Shown piece after piece: positions 11,942-22,424 of a DNA stretch of 64,000 bases; within the stretch, counting starts at the first letter, position 1; every line of letters starts with the position of its first letter. The DNA is from a virus. Taxonomy: Duplodnaviria > Heunggongvirae > Uroviricota > Caudoviricetes. The stretch lies in the IMG/VR virus record IMGVR_UViG_3300046533_001163. The stretch is one strand, 5' to 3'. The position numbers and the translations under genes are program-made. Below the pieces are notes generated by a model, which saw nothing but the letters and a program-made list of their open reading frames with translations, did not search any database and was not told where the DNA came from.

Positions 11942-12220
11942 TCAAAACGACGGAGAGTTCTGAATAGTCTCTATAGTTTTAGCAACAGAGTTTAACGTTT
12001 CTAATTTTATTTTTTTAATAAACTCCGGAAGCATTTCACGAAATACGCTTTTGCAGTTAATTACTCTTGAAGCCGTGATCACTCCAACGCCATCTTTTAA
12101 ATAAATCATTCCTTCATCTTTACCCCACCCGAGGTTAACAAGCATGCTTCCTTTTTGGAACGAATAGGTGCCCGTTTTAGTAAAACCCACTTCAATTAAA
12201 TATTGGATGTTATCTTCCAC
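11942..12220 (-). CDS. Small paralog family A member
   Basis: MEDNIQYLIEVGFTKTG. Confidence 0.6.
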   Translation of the reverse strand: MEDNIQYLIEVGFTKTGTYSFQKGSMLVNLGWGKDEGMIYLKDGVGVITASRVINCKSVFREMLPEFIKKIKLETLNSVAKTIETIQNSPSF

Positions 12221-12759
12221 AATTACCTCACATAAGAATCAAAAATTTGCCATTTACCATTTATAAACTTGCCGTATATCGCTTTTTCATCTGTTCCTTC
12301 GCACTCAGCAAAAAATCTAGGACAATCAGCAGCATACAAAGTTTTGTTTAAGACCTTAAAAGGACGTAAACCAAGACAAGATGTATTGCGCTTATCATCC
12401 ACCCATATAATATCACCTACGTTTACTTTTGTGATTAACTCCCTTTCAAGAGAATATTTAAATATCATAATTAGACAATCGCATTAAGTGCCGCAAGTTT
12501 AGATTTATGAGTGCTTAACTTTTTTTCGTGATCGGCTATAAGTGCGTCAAAGTCCTTGAGATAGATACATGACATTTCCGATTCTGTTCCATCTATAAAC
12601 TTCACAAGAACATTTCTGGTAGGATAACGCGATTCGCTAATGGAAAGTTCTTTTATAATTTTACCAGGACATTGTGCTCTAAATGCCGTATAAACCAATT
12701 TTCCGATTAAATTAGATGTGCCACTGTAGTCAATGCATTTAGCCATGATTATTTCCCTG

Positions 12760-13044
12760 TTAAAATACCGGTGACCTTCGGACCATTTCCACAATTTTTG
12801 CAGATTCACCAAGACATCGCAACTTTACCTGTTTGTACCACACGGCAAAATATGCCCGCAAACTATCTTCTGATGAAAATGTTATCATTCCCATTCGCCG
12901 ATTATCTTCAGTGTAAAGATACATACATCCAGTATATTCTCCCCAATGCAAAGTAACAGATAAATTATCTAGTTGGTAAGTACCACTAGATCCGGGCACC
13001 AATTTAAATCCTAATTCCTTCAAATACGCAATATTGTCTTCCAT
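12760..13044 (-). CDS. Small paralog family A member (start re-called at 13044)
   Basis: MEDNIAYLKELGF matches the paralog starts; the track's upstream extension overlaps another small ORF. Confidence 0.6.
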   Translation of the reverse strand: MEDNIAYLKELGFKLVPGSSGTYQLDNLSVTLHWGEYTGCMYLYTEDNRRMGMITFSSEDSLRAYFAVWYKQVKLRCLGESAKIVEMVRRSPVF

Positions 13045-13795
13045 ATTATTTCTTAGAAAGCTGCTGAATTCCTTCGGTCTGCATCTGGATTTGCTGTTGT
13101 TTTTCAGCAAAATCTCGTTCCTTCTTAGCATCAGCCCATAAAATCAATGTCATCAAAGACGCCAGCATAGCGAATATTACGATGCTATCAAAGATGCTTT
13201 TCTTGATTTCAGTCATTTCTTCTATCTCTAGCTATTTTAGAGTTAGGAAAACACGAGTCCAAATGTTCATTAATAGCCTTTTCATAATCATTGACAGCAA
13301 CAGTCAGTTTGTACACCAAGTTACCAGTTTTTTCCTCCGCAATTTCCGCCGCACGATCTTCAACTTGCCGATCAAAATCACTATGAATACGATGCAATAA
13401 TTCTTTAAAAGAAAATTCCAGTCCATTGATTTTTAAACTGACTTCCAACGGTTCGCCAGGAACATGGTTCAGGCTTTTATTCAAGCCATCTGATGTTCTT
13501 TGTGCAAGTATAGCACACAAAGCCCATTCTGTCAATGGATCTGCCGTCGCAGCGGCACGGTCAAATTTTATTTGTTCTGACATGATTTTACCAATTAACC
13601 AAAATTGTTATATGCTGGAAAAGCCATATTAGGCCACCAAGAGCGACAGGAATTGCTCCCAAGCTACAGAAAACCTCTAAGAAAAACTCTCCGTCAAACG
13701 ATTCTGGACAACGACGATATTGGTATAATGCAACCAATCCGCCAATCACCCATAAACAAATAGATGCCATAAGAAACCAGTTCATTTTCACATCC

Positions 13796-14173
13796 CTAGT
13801 AGAGTTTTAAATGCTTTGTGAACGGGTCAATTTTCTCTGCATAGTCTGGCCCGATAGCCAAACAAGTTTTTGTAGGAACTCCATGAAATTCAGTCAACCC
13901 GCTGTCAGTAATAAGATAAACTTCAATTCCGGCATCCTTTACTTTCTGATACAACTCTAACATCTCTTGTTCGGAATCTATCTGTAAAACAATTTTGGGG
14001 AAATGGTTCTCCAGCCAAAACTTCTGAACATCGGTATAACTGGACGTATTATTTTTAAAATCAGAATGCGCTCGGATAAACGCCATTACTGCATGGGACA
14101 ATTGTGCAAATTCTTTTCCTTTACGTACCTTCAGATCATTACGGATAACTATACTTTGTTTTATTTTTGACAT
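13796..14173 (-). CDS. pth2: Peptidyl-tRNA hydrolase II (archaeal/eukaryotic-type Pth2)
   Basis: KQxIVIRNDLK..KGK..AQ..HA; KIVL; ITDSGLTEF..PTKTCLAIGP; D..T.HLKLY. Confidence 0.93.
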   Translation of the reverse strand: MSKIKQSIVIRNDLKVRKGKEFAQLSHAVMAFIRAHSDFKNNTSSYTDVQKFWLENHFPKIVLQIDSEQEMLELYQKVKDAGIEVYLITDSGLTEFHGVPTKTCLAIGPDYAEKIDPFTKHLKLY

Positions 14174-14180
14174 TTTTTTC

Positions 14181-14193
14181 TATGGATAACTAA
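14181..14193 (-). promoter_or_regulatory. TTAGTTATCCATA motif copy
   Basis: Exact copy, 7 nt before the pth2 ATG. A second variant lies at 14140-14152 inside pth2. Confidence 0.75.
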
Positions 14194-14242
14194 AAACGAC
14201 ACTATCTTATGTTTAACCTAGTTTATATAATAAGGAAATACA

Positions 14243-14542
14243 ATGGCAATTACAGCAATCAAGCCGTGCGGAAACCAAATTTTGATCGAACTTCTAACTG
14301 AAAACGAACTAATGAATACCACTCTATTCGTTCCAGAAGGCTCCCAGGGCGCTGGTTCGGCTCCACAGGGAGTTGTCCTAGACTTTGGTCCACAGTTTGA
14401 CGGAGCAAAGTGGGGCGTTCAGAAGGGCGATAGAGTTATTGTGCAGGGAACTTTTATTCCAGTGCCCAAGGTAGGGAACGGCCACCGGGCCATGGGATTA
14501 ACCGAGTTTCAGCACATCAAGGCTGTTCTAGTTGAAGGCTAA
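14243..14542 (+). CDS. groES: Co-chaperonin GroES/Cpn10-like
   Basis: IKPxGNQILIE, mobile-loop TTLFVPE, GVVLDFGP, VQKGDRVI; strong SD AAGGA; one of only two credible plus-strand genes. Confidence 0.8.
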   Translation: MAITAIKPCGNQILIELLTENELMNTTLFVPEGSQGAGSAPQGVVLDFGPQFDGAKWGVQKGDRVIVQGTFIPVPKVGNGHRAMGLTEFQHIKAVLVEG

Positions 14543-15094
14543 CGCTCTTTGCACTTCAGAAGCAAAAAATCTGGTCATATGTTTACGGACTTTTATATGA
14601 TCCATGCCTACATCACTGCATAGCATGATGTAGGCAATTGCTTTTTCTATGTCGTCGTTATACTTTTTACAAGCATCATACATAATCTTCGCCGTATCTT
14701 CGTCTAAATCATCTTTTGCATGATTGCACAGAGCACACATTGTCTGCATGTTAGAAAGATCGTCTTTTCCGCCGCAACTGGCTGGAAGTATATGATCTTT
14801 CGTTATTAAAATATATTTATCCTTCGGTGTTTTATGATATAAGTTAAAATGTGCTCGGCCAGTTGATTCATATGGGCGCTGAAGAATAAAAATATTACCA
14901 ACTACTCCGCATCGCACGCAAGATAGGCTTTTAATAAAGGTTCGATATCTCATTGAGAACATTTTAACTTTAAACGTTTGCTCTCCTACTTTATACTCTT
15001 TATCCGTATCCGAAACGTACGGCAAAACAGCATCAATGGCAAATTCGCCAAAGGTTTGATTAGATTGCCAAGTGTCTATCAATGACATCCCCAT
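14528..15094 (-). CDS. HNH endonuclease
   Basis: CVRC; TKDHILPASCGG..D.SNMQTMCALCNHAK. Confidence 0.8.
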   Translation of the reverse strand: MGMSLIDTWQSNQTFGEFAIDAVLPYVSDTDKEYKVGEQTFKVKMFSMRYRTFIKSLSCVRCGVVGNIFILQRPYESTGRAHFNLYHKTPKDKYILITKDHILPASCGGKDDLSNMQTMCALCNHAKDDLDEDTAKIMYDACKKYNDDIEKAIAYIMLCSDVGMDHIKVRKHMTRFFASEVQRALAFN

Positions 15095-15534
15095 TATCGC
15101 ATCCTGAAATCAAAATAAAAGATAGCGGTGTAGTAGAGACAAAGGAAGTGAATAAATTGATCAAACCCAACCGTGGTAAAGAACCAATATTTATTATCGC
15201 TTTGCCACAACTTGGCAGTTAGCCTACTGGTAATAGCATCAGTGATAAAGTGTAATATCCAGTTTGCTATACAAAAAGCCAGTAACATACGCGAATCAAG
15301 CTCCTCCGCATAGGAAAACTGTCTTATAATAAAAAGTCCTACGCCTAAGATACACGTATAAATAGAAACATGAGCGCACAAAGTCGCCAGCCCCTTGCTT
15401 TTATTCTCTGCCAGATACCGTCCTTGACACACAAAATCTCCGATAAAGTGGAGTAGCATAATTAAAGCAAATCCACCATTGAAGATATACAGCATATCTT
15501 CCAGGTGAAATTTCCAAAGGTCAATTATTGACAT
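15094..15534 (-). CDS. DUF3307-like membrane protein
   Basis: LHFIGDF..Q, HVSIY, LHFITD, GFDQFIH with hydrophobic segments. Confidence 0.75.
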   Translation of the reverse strand: MSIIDLWKFHLEDMLYIFNGGFALIMLLHFIGDFVCQGRYLAENKSKGLATLCAHVSIYTCILGVGLFIIRQFSYAEELDSRMLLAFCIANWILHFITDAITSRLTAKLWQSDNKYWFFTTVGFDQFIHFLCLYYTAIFYFDFRMR

Positions 15535-15583
15535 TATGATAGCTCCTGTTTATTATTATTTAAGTACATTCTAGCTTTTCCTT

Positions 15584-15596
15584 TACGGATAACTAA
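15584..15596 (-). promoter_or_regulatory. TTAGTTATCCGTA motif variant inside an ORF
   Basis: 12/13 match within coding sequence, 49 nt before the next ATG; may be coincidental (encodes LVIR). Confidence 0.4.
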
Positions 15597-16158
15597 ATCT
15601 TTATCCCAGATATTGCCCATATAAATTCCTGGTAAATCTTTCTTAAATGCTGTTAATAAGTATCCATAATTATTAATGCCAGTAATTCTTGCGCGGATGT
15701 AATGACCAAACGTCATTGCATAATTATGATCCACATGAACATGATCGCCTACTTTAAAATTAGCCGTTGTCTTATCCATTACCTTATCGCCTGTTTGGTT
15801 CCAACGCTTATGAATGGATACCCGCCCATAATATAAACATAGCCAACTTCATCATGAGTTAACTGAGTAATCTGCGTACCATAAGCAACGTCAGCATCAA
15901 CAATGGTATCATTAGTTAACTTGGCTTTATTAATTTTCTTTTCATCTGCCGGAATGACAAGCCGTATATGAAACCAATAACCATACATAGTTGAATGTTT
16001 TAATTCAATAGATTGAAGTTCATAATGTCCGTCGTCTATTAAGATGTTTTCTCCCCTGGTGTTTACATATACTTTCCCTGGAGCATCATGGTGGAATCTC
16101 CAAAAAATAAACGTAAGAATAAAAACGGCAATGAATAGTTTTTTCATGATGATTTTCC

Positions 16159-17229
16159 TTAGTTACTCCAGTTAGATGGGACACTACTCTTAACTGCTTC
16201 AATCAAAAATGGAGTAGGGTCCAAAAGATTATCTGGCTGATCTTCATCTAATCCCCAACTAATGCTCTTAGTGGTTCCGTGAGCATACAGTTCTATATGA
16301 AGCATTGATGTAGAATGATACGGAATATCGCTTCTTTTTTTACTATCTTTAAGTACTGGTTTAACAAAGCCAATCATTTCGTTCTTCTGAACTACTCGTC
16401 CGACCGTAATACCTGGGTTTTCTGTTATTTCACCATAATTGATAACACCAGTTGCGCCAGCAACCAACACAGATCGGGTATTATTCCACCATGGCGACCC
16501 CGCTTTCTCGCCTGTGAAATCTTCAACGGCAACCACAACGCCTCTCTCCATAGCAAAAACGTGCGCATCCTTACTGCAATAAAGATCAACTCCAGTATGA
16601 TGGTCATATTTACGAGCTACACCGAATGCGCCTGGATGTTTGCCTGTCGGGATAAATTTACTTTTAAGTATAGAGTAATGATATACTGGATATCTCCATA
16701 CAAAGAATCGCTTAACAGAATCAACAATGTCAGAAATTTCTGTCATTCCTCCCACGCCAACATCGCCACAAACCAATTCTTTAAGAACTGGTTGCCAAAT
16801 GGTCAAATGAGGAACGTGGCGCTGTACGATGCTGATATGCTCCATGGTAATAGGATGTTCCCACATTGCGGTATTAGCCGCAGGAGCAAGTACGATAGGC
16901 TTAGTGCGGTCCCATGCCCTATAGATACTGGTCAGAAGATTATCGCAGATACCATTAGCAAATTTAGCCAAGGTATTCATGCTAAGCGGAGCTATAACCA
17001 GCACATCCGCTTTTCTTCTAAGATCTATATGGAGTACGCTTTGATGAGAATTCCAACAATCCCATTCAGAAGCATCATCAAAAATCGTGCCGAAATATTC
17101 AGGCAGAGTAAACCGCTTCGCGGATTCTGTGAAGACAACGTCAACATGGCCAATTTCTGAAAGTTCTCTCTTGATTTTTGGACCAAGAGTTGCTGCCACA
17201 CTGCCAGTTATGCCAAGGAGGATATTCAT
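16159..17229 (-). CDS. coaC: Phosphopantothenoylcysteine decarboxylase (CoaC/HAL3 flavoprotein) fused to an M23/LytM-like domain
   Basis: ILLGITGSVAA, HIDLR, APLSMNTLAK..NGICDNLLT, PAANTAMWEH, LVCGDVGVG; then HTGVDL...VV.NEMIG.V...LHIEL. Confidence 0.88.
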   Translation of the reverse strand: MNILLGITGSVAATLGPKIKRELSEIGHVDVVFTESAKRFTLPEYFGTIFDDASEWDCWNSHQSVLHIDLRRKADVLVIAPLSMNTLAKFANGICDNLLTSIYRAWDRTKPIVLAPAANTAMWEHPITMEHISIVQRHVPHLTIWQPVLKELVCGDVGVGGMTEISDIVDSVKRFFVWRYPVYHYSILKSKFIPTGKHPGAFGVARKYDHHTGVDLYCSKDAHVFAMERGVVVAVEDFTGEKAGSPWWNNTRSVLVAGATGVINYGEITENPGITVGRVVQKNEMIGFVKPVLKDSKKRSDIPYHSTSMLHIELYAHGTTKSISWGLDEDQPDNLLDPTPFLIEAVKSSVPSNWSN

Positions 17230-17231
17230 GA

Positions 17232-17948
17232 TTAGTAGTATCCTTCAATGATATCAATTAAGCCTGCTGCATTATAAATGGGTAAAGAGTGCTTCAGAAA
17301 AAACGGCTCTTTATTCGGCCTAACAACCGTCAAATTATGATTTCCACTTTTTATTTCATTAAGGAGATTACCAACACACATATCGGCATTAGTAGATTGG
17401 ATCTGTTTTTCACAAGCTTCAATCAGATACTTCTGCGAAACATCCGTCAGAAGTTTAAATCCGACAAGCAATGCAAACGGACACCATTTTTTAACCAGCT
17501 TAATAATCTTGGTTGTCTTCTTAAGACTTATAATTAACTCCTCTTCATTGGAGCTAATCTTCCCATTGGATGGAACGGGCGCATAATCACTGACTGCCGC
17601 AGCCAGTATGATTACATCTGGTTCGTATTCGCCACAAGAATATCCTTTAACCTTATCAAAGTAATCGTTGTAGTCTACGTACTCAACACCATCGTATTGC
17701 TTAGAATAGCTGTTATAATTCTCAAGCATTTCATATACATTATCTTCTGCTTCAATTCCTTTTGTAGCATCAATGCGTTTAGAGAATGGAGTATCGGAGC
17801 CTTTGGCATAAATGAAAACAACTTCATGGCCAGCTTTCATAGCGGCCAGAGCAAGGATAGAGCCAAATCGGCCAGTAGAATTGTTGCCGATATGACGCAC
17901 ATCATCAATGGGCGCTTTGGTGCCACCGGAGGTTATGAGAAATTTCAT
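17232..17948 (-). CDS. coaB: Phosphopantothenate-cysteine ligase (CoaB, stand-alone)
   Basis: LITSGGT.APID.VRHIGN.STGRFG; AAAVSDY; LVGFKL. Confidence 0.9.
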   Translation of the reverse strand: MKFLITSGGTKAPIDDVRHIGNNSTGRFGSILALAAMKAGHEVVFIYAKGSDTPFSKRIDATKGIEAEDNVYEMLENYNSYSKQYDGVEYVDYNDYFDKVKGYSCGEYEPDVIILAAAVSDYAPVPSNGKISSNEEELIISLKKTTKIIKLVKKWCPFALLVGFKLLTDVSQKYLIEACEKQIQSTNADMCVGNLLNEIKSGNHNLTVVRPNKEPFFLKHSLPIYNAAGLIDIIEGYY

Positions 17949-18155
17949 GATTTTGGCCTAGCTTTCAGACATGCTTTTACAGCATCAGGACGAACGTAAT
18001 CATAATGCACAGATTTACCCATTATGTTTTTTGACGGATCAGTACCTTCACGATGGCACTCCCAATCCCACAATCGTTCTGATCGCCGACTATAAAAAAT
18101 TATCCAATGATATGGGGTGTCAACAAATTCTTGTGCTGGACGCATGATGCTCTCT

Positions 18156-18168
18156 TATGGATAACTAA
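18156..18168 (-). promoter_or_regulatory. TTAGTTATCCATA motif copy
   Basis: Exact copy overlapping the upstream stop, 10 nt before ATG at 18145. Confidence 0.75.
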
Positions 18169-18693
18169 AACCATCCTACTTCTTCGTCTTCTGGTACTTG
18201 GAAATGACAAAACTGACTTGGCATACCATTCTTATAAACTTGAAGCACCATTGCCGCCCATCTATGATAATCTTGGCTGGACTTAAGCCATTTATGGATA
18301 GTTTTATAATCCATATTTAGATCGTCATCTTTCGCTTGCTCCAATAACTCTATGCATCTATTATACTGATCGATAAAAGCCGGCTTGAAATATTCTCTAG
18401 CGGCTTCTATTTCTTCTGGCGTCCAGTTAGGCATTATTTTTTAATTTTAATAATCCTTTTTCGGTAATGACAAAATCCCCGCGACAACCACAAGGGCATC
18501 CATCAACTAGCCCTCTTTTTATCATAGATTTCATTTTGGCTAAGACAAGTTTTCCAGAGGCGTCAACCGGCATTGCATGCGAAACAGAATCGGGAAACTG
18601 CATGCCAAACCAATTGTGCCATTTAGTAGGGTTCTTGGCCAAGAATTGTAAGATAGGAAGATCAGGAATATCTTTACATTGCATAATAAACCC

Positions 18694-18706
18694 TACGGAT
18701 AACTAA
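18694..18706 (-). promoter_or_regulatory. TTAGTTATCCGTA motif copy
   Basis: 12/13 match overlapping the upstream stop, 9 nt before ATG at 18684. Confidence 0.7.
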
Positions 18707-20338
18707 ATCCCCTTCATTAACAGGCTGGCGTCTTCGCCGCGCTCCATTAATTCTTGTCTTACCCCGTTGCGAAATTTAACTCTGGATGGGATTTTAGATT
18801 TGATTGGGTATATGGCGGATAGGTAGCCGACAAGTTCATCGGTATCGGTTCTTGATATATCAATGTCTGATATGAAATGGTCTAAAGATTCCATGTCATT
18901 GCTTTTTATAAAACCGGCAACAAAATTAATAATCTTGCTCGTTTTAGGACTAACTGCTTTTTTAATGCGTATAAGACTTACACACTGTACAAAGCCTCTA
19001 ATAATTAAAAAGGAAATAGTTAAGATAAACGTAATGGCACTAGTAATTTCCCATGACTTTGTCCATTTATTCAGCGCTAATATCAGTACGCAAATAAATG
19101 TTATTAGTACGATCAGATCATCAATCTTGATCTTTTTCATTCTTTTCTTTGATAAATATAGTTTTTATGCGGATCATATTCCCCGATAACATCATCCCAG
19201 TTGTATTTCCAGAACTGAGCGGCCATAACCATAATGTTTAACTTGGCGTATCCTAATAATGCATAATTAAGATAATTCGTGGTGTTATCTTTTTCCATCA
19301 GATTAAGAATATATCCACTAGCCATCCAAAATCGGTGAAGAATAAAATAAACACTAAGAATGATTAAAAATACCATTTCATTGTCCCAGGTAAAGTTCAG
19401 AGGATGGAAAGTAATTCTTAGCGACAGCAAATAAAATCACTATCGCAATAACAATTAAAACTGCCGGGAAAAGGCAGCAAGACAAATCAGACAGGATAGA
19501 TTTAATAAGTTTCATTTGAATTTTTTACTTCCAGTTTAAAAGAACTCAGCCACATTGGCTCAGATGCAAATTTAAGATAACAAAAATAAAGCAAACACAA
19601 AACTTTAAAATTAGAACTATAAAGTATCTGGGTGCTTCCTTTTATTGGTGCCCATCCTAGATATTCGGCTGTTACAGAATACATTAGTCTTTATACATGC
19701 CTGTTTTTAGATACGTGTGAGTCGGAATATTAGAATCAACCAAAGTATACATCGTCGGTGGATTACCTTGAAATTCCCCTACTTTGGCCGCATCCCATAA
19801 AAGAGACGATGTATCACCGCCAGAGATTTTAACATCAAATTTAATGTCGTTTTTCTTGATCAACTCAGTCTTACATCCATGTTTTGCGCATAGCTTCACA
19901 AATTCATTCAAGGCATCTTGTAAGGGCATATTATAACGACCGACCTCAATTGGGTCGGAATTGTGGTGATTGTATGTGTATACTGAAATCATTTAATTAT
20001 ACCATTTATTCCTTGATCGTGACCTGATTGCCGGTAAACGAAAGGTTAAGGTCTGTAGGAGATTGACCATTTGGATTATAGTGTAATCGCCACGTAAAAT
20101 CATTTTGTAAATTTGGTTTGTCAAAAAGTTGCTGTGAGCTAAGCTGACCTATCGCATTAATAATATTTAATTTAAAATCCCTTGCTCTATTGGTAGGATC
20201 ATCAAAGTAAAAAACTACGCTATCAGCATATCTGGCAACTTGCGTAACATGAATATTATGAACCCTGCACAATTCCCCGAATAATTGTTCGGCATGACTT
20301 AAGTTAGCGCTCATCTTTATCTTTCTTAATGAGAAAAT

Positions 20339-20632
20339 CTATTTCAATAAGTTTTGAGGAATTTCCATATCAAAACTAAATTGTTCCACTAGCAGTCCTT
20401 TGTCAAATGCTAGCGCAAATCGGGCTGCTGTACCTGGTAGAGAAAGACAAGCTAAAGTACGACCATCAACATCGTCAACTAAGATAGTGGCTACAGCAAC
20501 CAAAACATGCAAGTTTGGTTTTAGAATACTATTAAGCGCTAATGCGATAGGACACTTATCACACTTTTTTTGCTCACCATTGCTGATATGCTCATGAGAA
20601 ACCTTGACATTTGTCATTTTGATAGAACTCAT
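20339..20632 (-). CDS. Hypothetical protein, paralog of 33567-33833
   Basis: EHISNG...CPIALAL resembles KHIAKG...CPTALAI. Confidence 0.55.
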   Translation of the reverse strand: MSSIKMTNVKVSHEHISNGEQKKCDKCPIALALNSILKPNLHVLVAVATILVDDVDGRTLACLSLPGTAARFALAFDKGLLVEQFSFDMEIPQNLLK

Positions 20633-20658
20633 TTTTAATCTTTCTAAAATTTAAGACC

Positions 20659-20705
20659 TAGATGCATCTGCTCAGAAAGGAGGTTTGGATTGCTGTAAGC
20701 ATCTA
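20659..20705 (-). ncRNA. CAGCAA-loop hairpin element, copy 1
   Basis: TAGATGC-TTACAGCAATCCAAACCTCCTTTCTGAGCAGAT-GCATCTA; 7-bp stem; intergenic. Confidence 0.65.
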
Positions 20706-20713
20706 TTGTTTCG

Positions 20714-20896
20714 TTAGTTAGCCATCTGAATGATGGCTTCTCTTAATTCTTTTGCCCTAAGATTAGCTAAATCTCTATCTTCGGCACAAGAACAATCATT
20801 TCCCATATCTCTTAGTAATTCTATTACATCATCTGACCTGATGTATGCAGAACCACCAATTTCACGCATTCTAAATGTCCAATTGACTAATGGCAT
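20714..20896 (-). CDS. Small hypothetical protein between DUF2828 and hairpin copy 1
   Basis: 60 aa with SD AAGGA. Confidence 0.5.
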   Translation of the reverse strand: MPLVNWTFRMREIGGSAYIRSDDVIELLRDMGNDCSCAEDRDLANLRAKELREAIIQMAN

Positions 20897-20908
20897 GATT
20901 CTTTTCCT

Positions 20909-22378
20909 TTACGCCGAAATTTCGGCGTACCTTTCATTGTTAAGAACTTCCAGCATAGACTCATACGGAGTCACGGAAATTCCGCCAAGCAAATACTTCA
21001 AAATGACTGGCGAACAGCCGCTCACAAGATAAGTTCCACGCTCGTCCTTCTTCACCGGAACGCCCTTCTCCGGAGTTGCATTCACGTTCCAGAAAACAAG
21101 CTTCGGCATTTCATAACCGCTTTGCTCGTACTTCTGCTTAATAACTTCAAAATTAGTTTTATCATTATCTCTGCATGCAACATCAAACTGCATGTCGGAA
21201 ATAATGTAAAGCACATTCGGCATTTGATGCAAAGGAACATTATTCTCCACCGCAGTAGAGAGAACCACATCAAACACCGCTTGCAGGTTAGTGTTCTGAT
21301 TCCAGTCAGCACGACGCAAGTTAGCGTCCTTTTCCTTCAACGTCTTGCCCTTCAACTTCTGCAAAGACGGTCGGTTAGAAAAAGTAATGAAAGCATCCTT
21401 GAATGCACCCTGATTGCGCTCCGCAAAGTAGATTGCCAGTGAAGTGCAAACATCCAAAGGATTTCCGTTCATGCTACCGCTAACGTCAGCGATAACAAGA
21501 CCATTATGCGGATTATCCTTAAGATAATCAGGAAGCGCCTTCCACTGCAACTCTAAGGACCGAGCCTGTTGCTCATCGGAATATCTAATGGCCTTTATAA
21601 TATCATAAGGATAAAGAGTTCCTGCCTTAATTTCAGCTTCGCCCTTTTCCACTTTTTCCAAGTATTCGGTATATCTCTCACCGTCATGCTTATGAAATGC
21701 CGTTCGGTAAATCATGCTTGCACGACTAGGAACACGCTCATAGTTAATGGCGTCCCATTTTCCTGCACACATATTCTTCTCAACAATATTAATGCGGGTT
21801 CGCAGACCAACCAGCATCTTGCGGTATTCCTTCGCAGAATATCCAAGGCGATTTGACAGGAAATTCGCCAGTTGAACCGTCTTTTTGCTGCTGGTGTTGT
21901 TGGACGGCATCCACTTACCAAGCAACGAAACTTCTCCGCTGCTGGAAAGGTCGGCATTCAACTGCTTAGAAATAAATTCAAGTACCGCCTGTTCACATGG
22001 CGTACCAATCAAACAAAACAAGTCATCCCATCGTCCGAAATGAGGAATGTGCTTGATGTTTTTAAGAACAGCTTCCTTATGATTATTAGCAAGGAACGTC
22101 AAAAGACGACGAACTACATCGCGTTCGCCTTGCCCACCACGAATATCGCGGAAGTGAAGCAGACATCGCAATGCTAGAGTATTGTCCTCTGAAAATGCTC
22201 TACCGAACAGATGTTCAACACTTTCCCAATTACCTTTTAGGGAAGAACGACAAGCCGCACCCATCGCATAGAAGTCTAGCAAATCAGACTTCGTAGACTT
22301 GAGCGTCTTGGCTCCGTTCGCAGTTTCAGTGGTATTGAGGCTATCCTCAAGGTTATTTACGAATGTATTTTCGTCCAT
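20909..22378 (-). CDS. DUF2828-family protein (TROVE/Ro60-like helical domain + C-terminal vWA)
   Basis: T.T.NGA, SDLLDFY, RDIRGGQGER, GRWDDL, GKWMPS, VPSRAS, AGTLYPYDI, vWA MIDAS DVSGSM, ISDMQFD, LVFWNV, VSG.SP. Confidence 0.88.
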   Translation of the reverse strand: MDENTFVNNLEDSLNTTETANGAKTLKSTKSDLLDFYAMGAACRSSLKGNWESVEHLFGRAFSEDNTLALRCLLHFRDIRGGQGERDVVRRLLTFLANNHKEAVLKNIKHIPHFGRWDDLFCLIGTPCEQAVLEFISKQLNADLSSSGEVSLLGKWMPSNNTSSKKTVQLANFLSNRLGYSAKEYRKMLVGLRTRINIVEKNMCAGKWDAINYERVPSRASMIYRTAFHKHDGERYTEYLEKVEKGEAEIKAGTLYPYDIIKAIRYSDEQQARSLELQWKALPDYLKDNPHNGLVIADVSGSMNGNPLDVCTSLAIYFAERNQGAFKDAFITFSNRPSLQKLKGKTLKEKDANLRRADWNQNTNLQAVFDVVLSTAVENNVPLHQMPNVLYIISDMQFDVACRDNDKTNFEVIKQKYEQSGYEMPKLVFWNVNATPEKGVPVKKDERGTYLVSGCSPVILKYLLGGISVTPYESMLEVLNNERYAEISA

Positions 22379-22411
22379 CGTATGCCCTTTCTATGTTTTG
22401 AGATTTTGTAA

Positions 22412-22424
22412 TATGGGTAACTAA
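22412..22424 (-). promoter_or_regulatory. TTAGTTACCCATA motif variant upstream of DUF2828
   Basis: 12/13 match overlapping the upstream stop, 33 nt before the DUF2828 ATG. Confidence 0.7.

Noticed and set aside
13062-13109. Apparent fifth CAGCAA hairpin (TGCTGAA...ACAGCAAATCC...TTCAGCA)
   Set aside because: It lies inside an unlisted 56-aa minus-strand ORF (MTEIKKS...EKQQQIQ), where CAGCAA is just Gln codons, and the spacing to the stem differs from the four real copies.
14140-14152. Motif variant inside pth2
   Set aside because: It encodes conserved IVIR residues, so it may be coincidental and is not listed as a separate regulatory feature.
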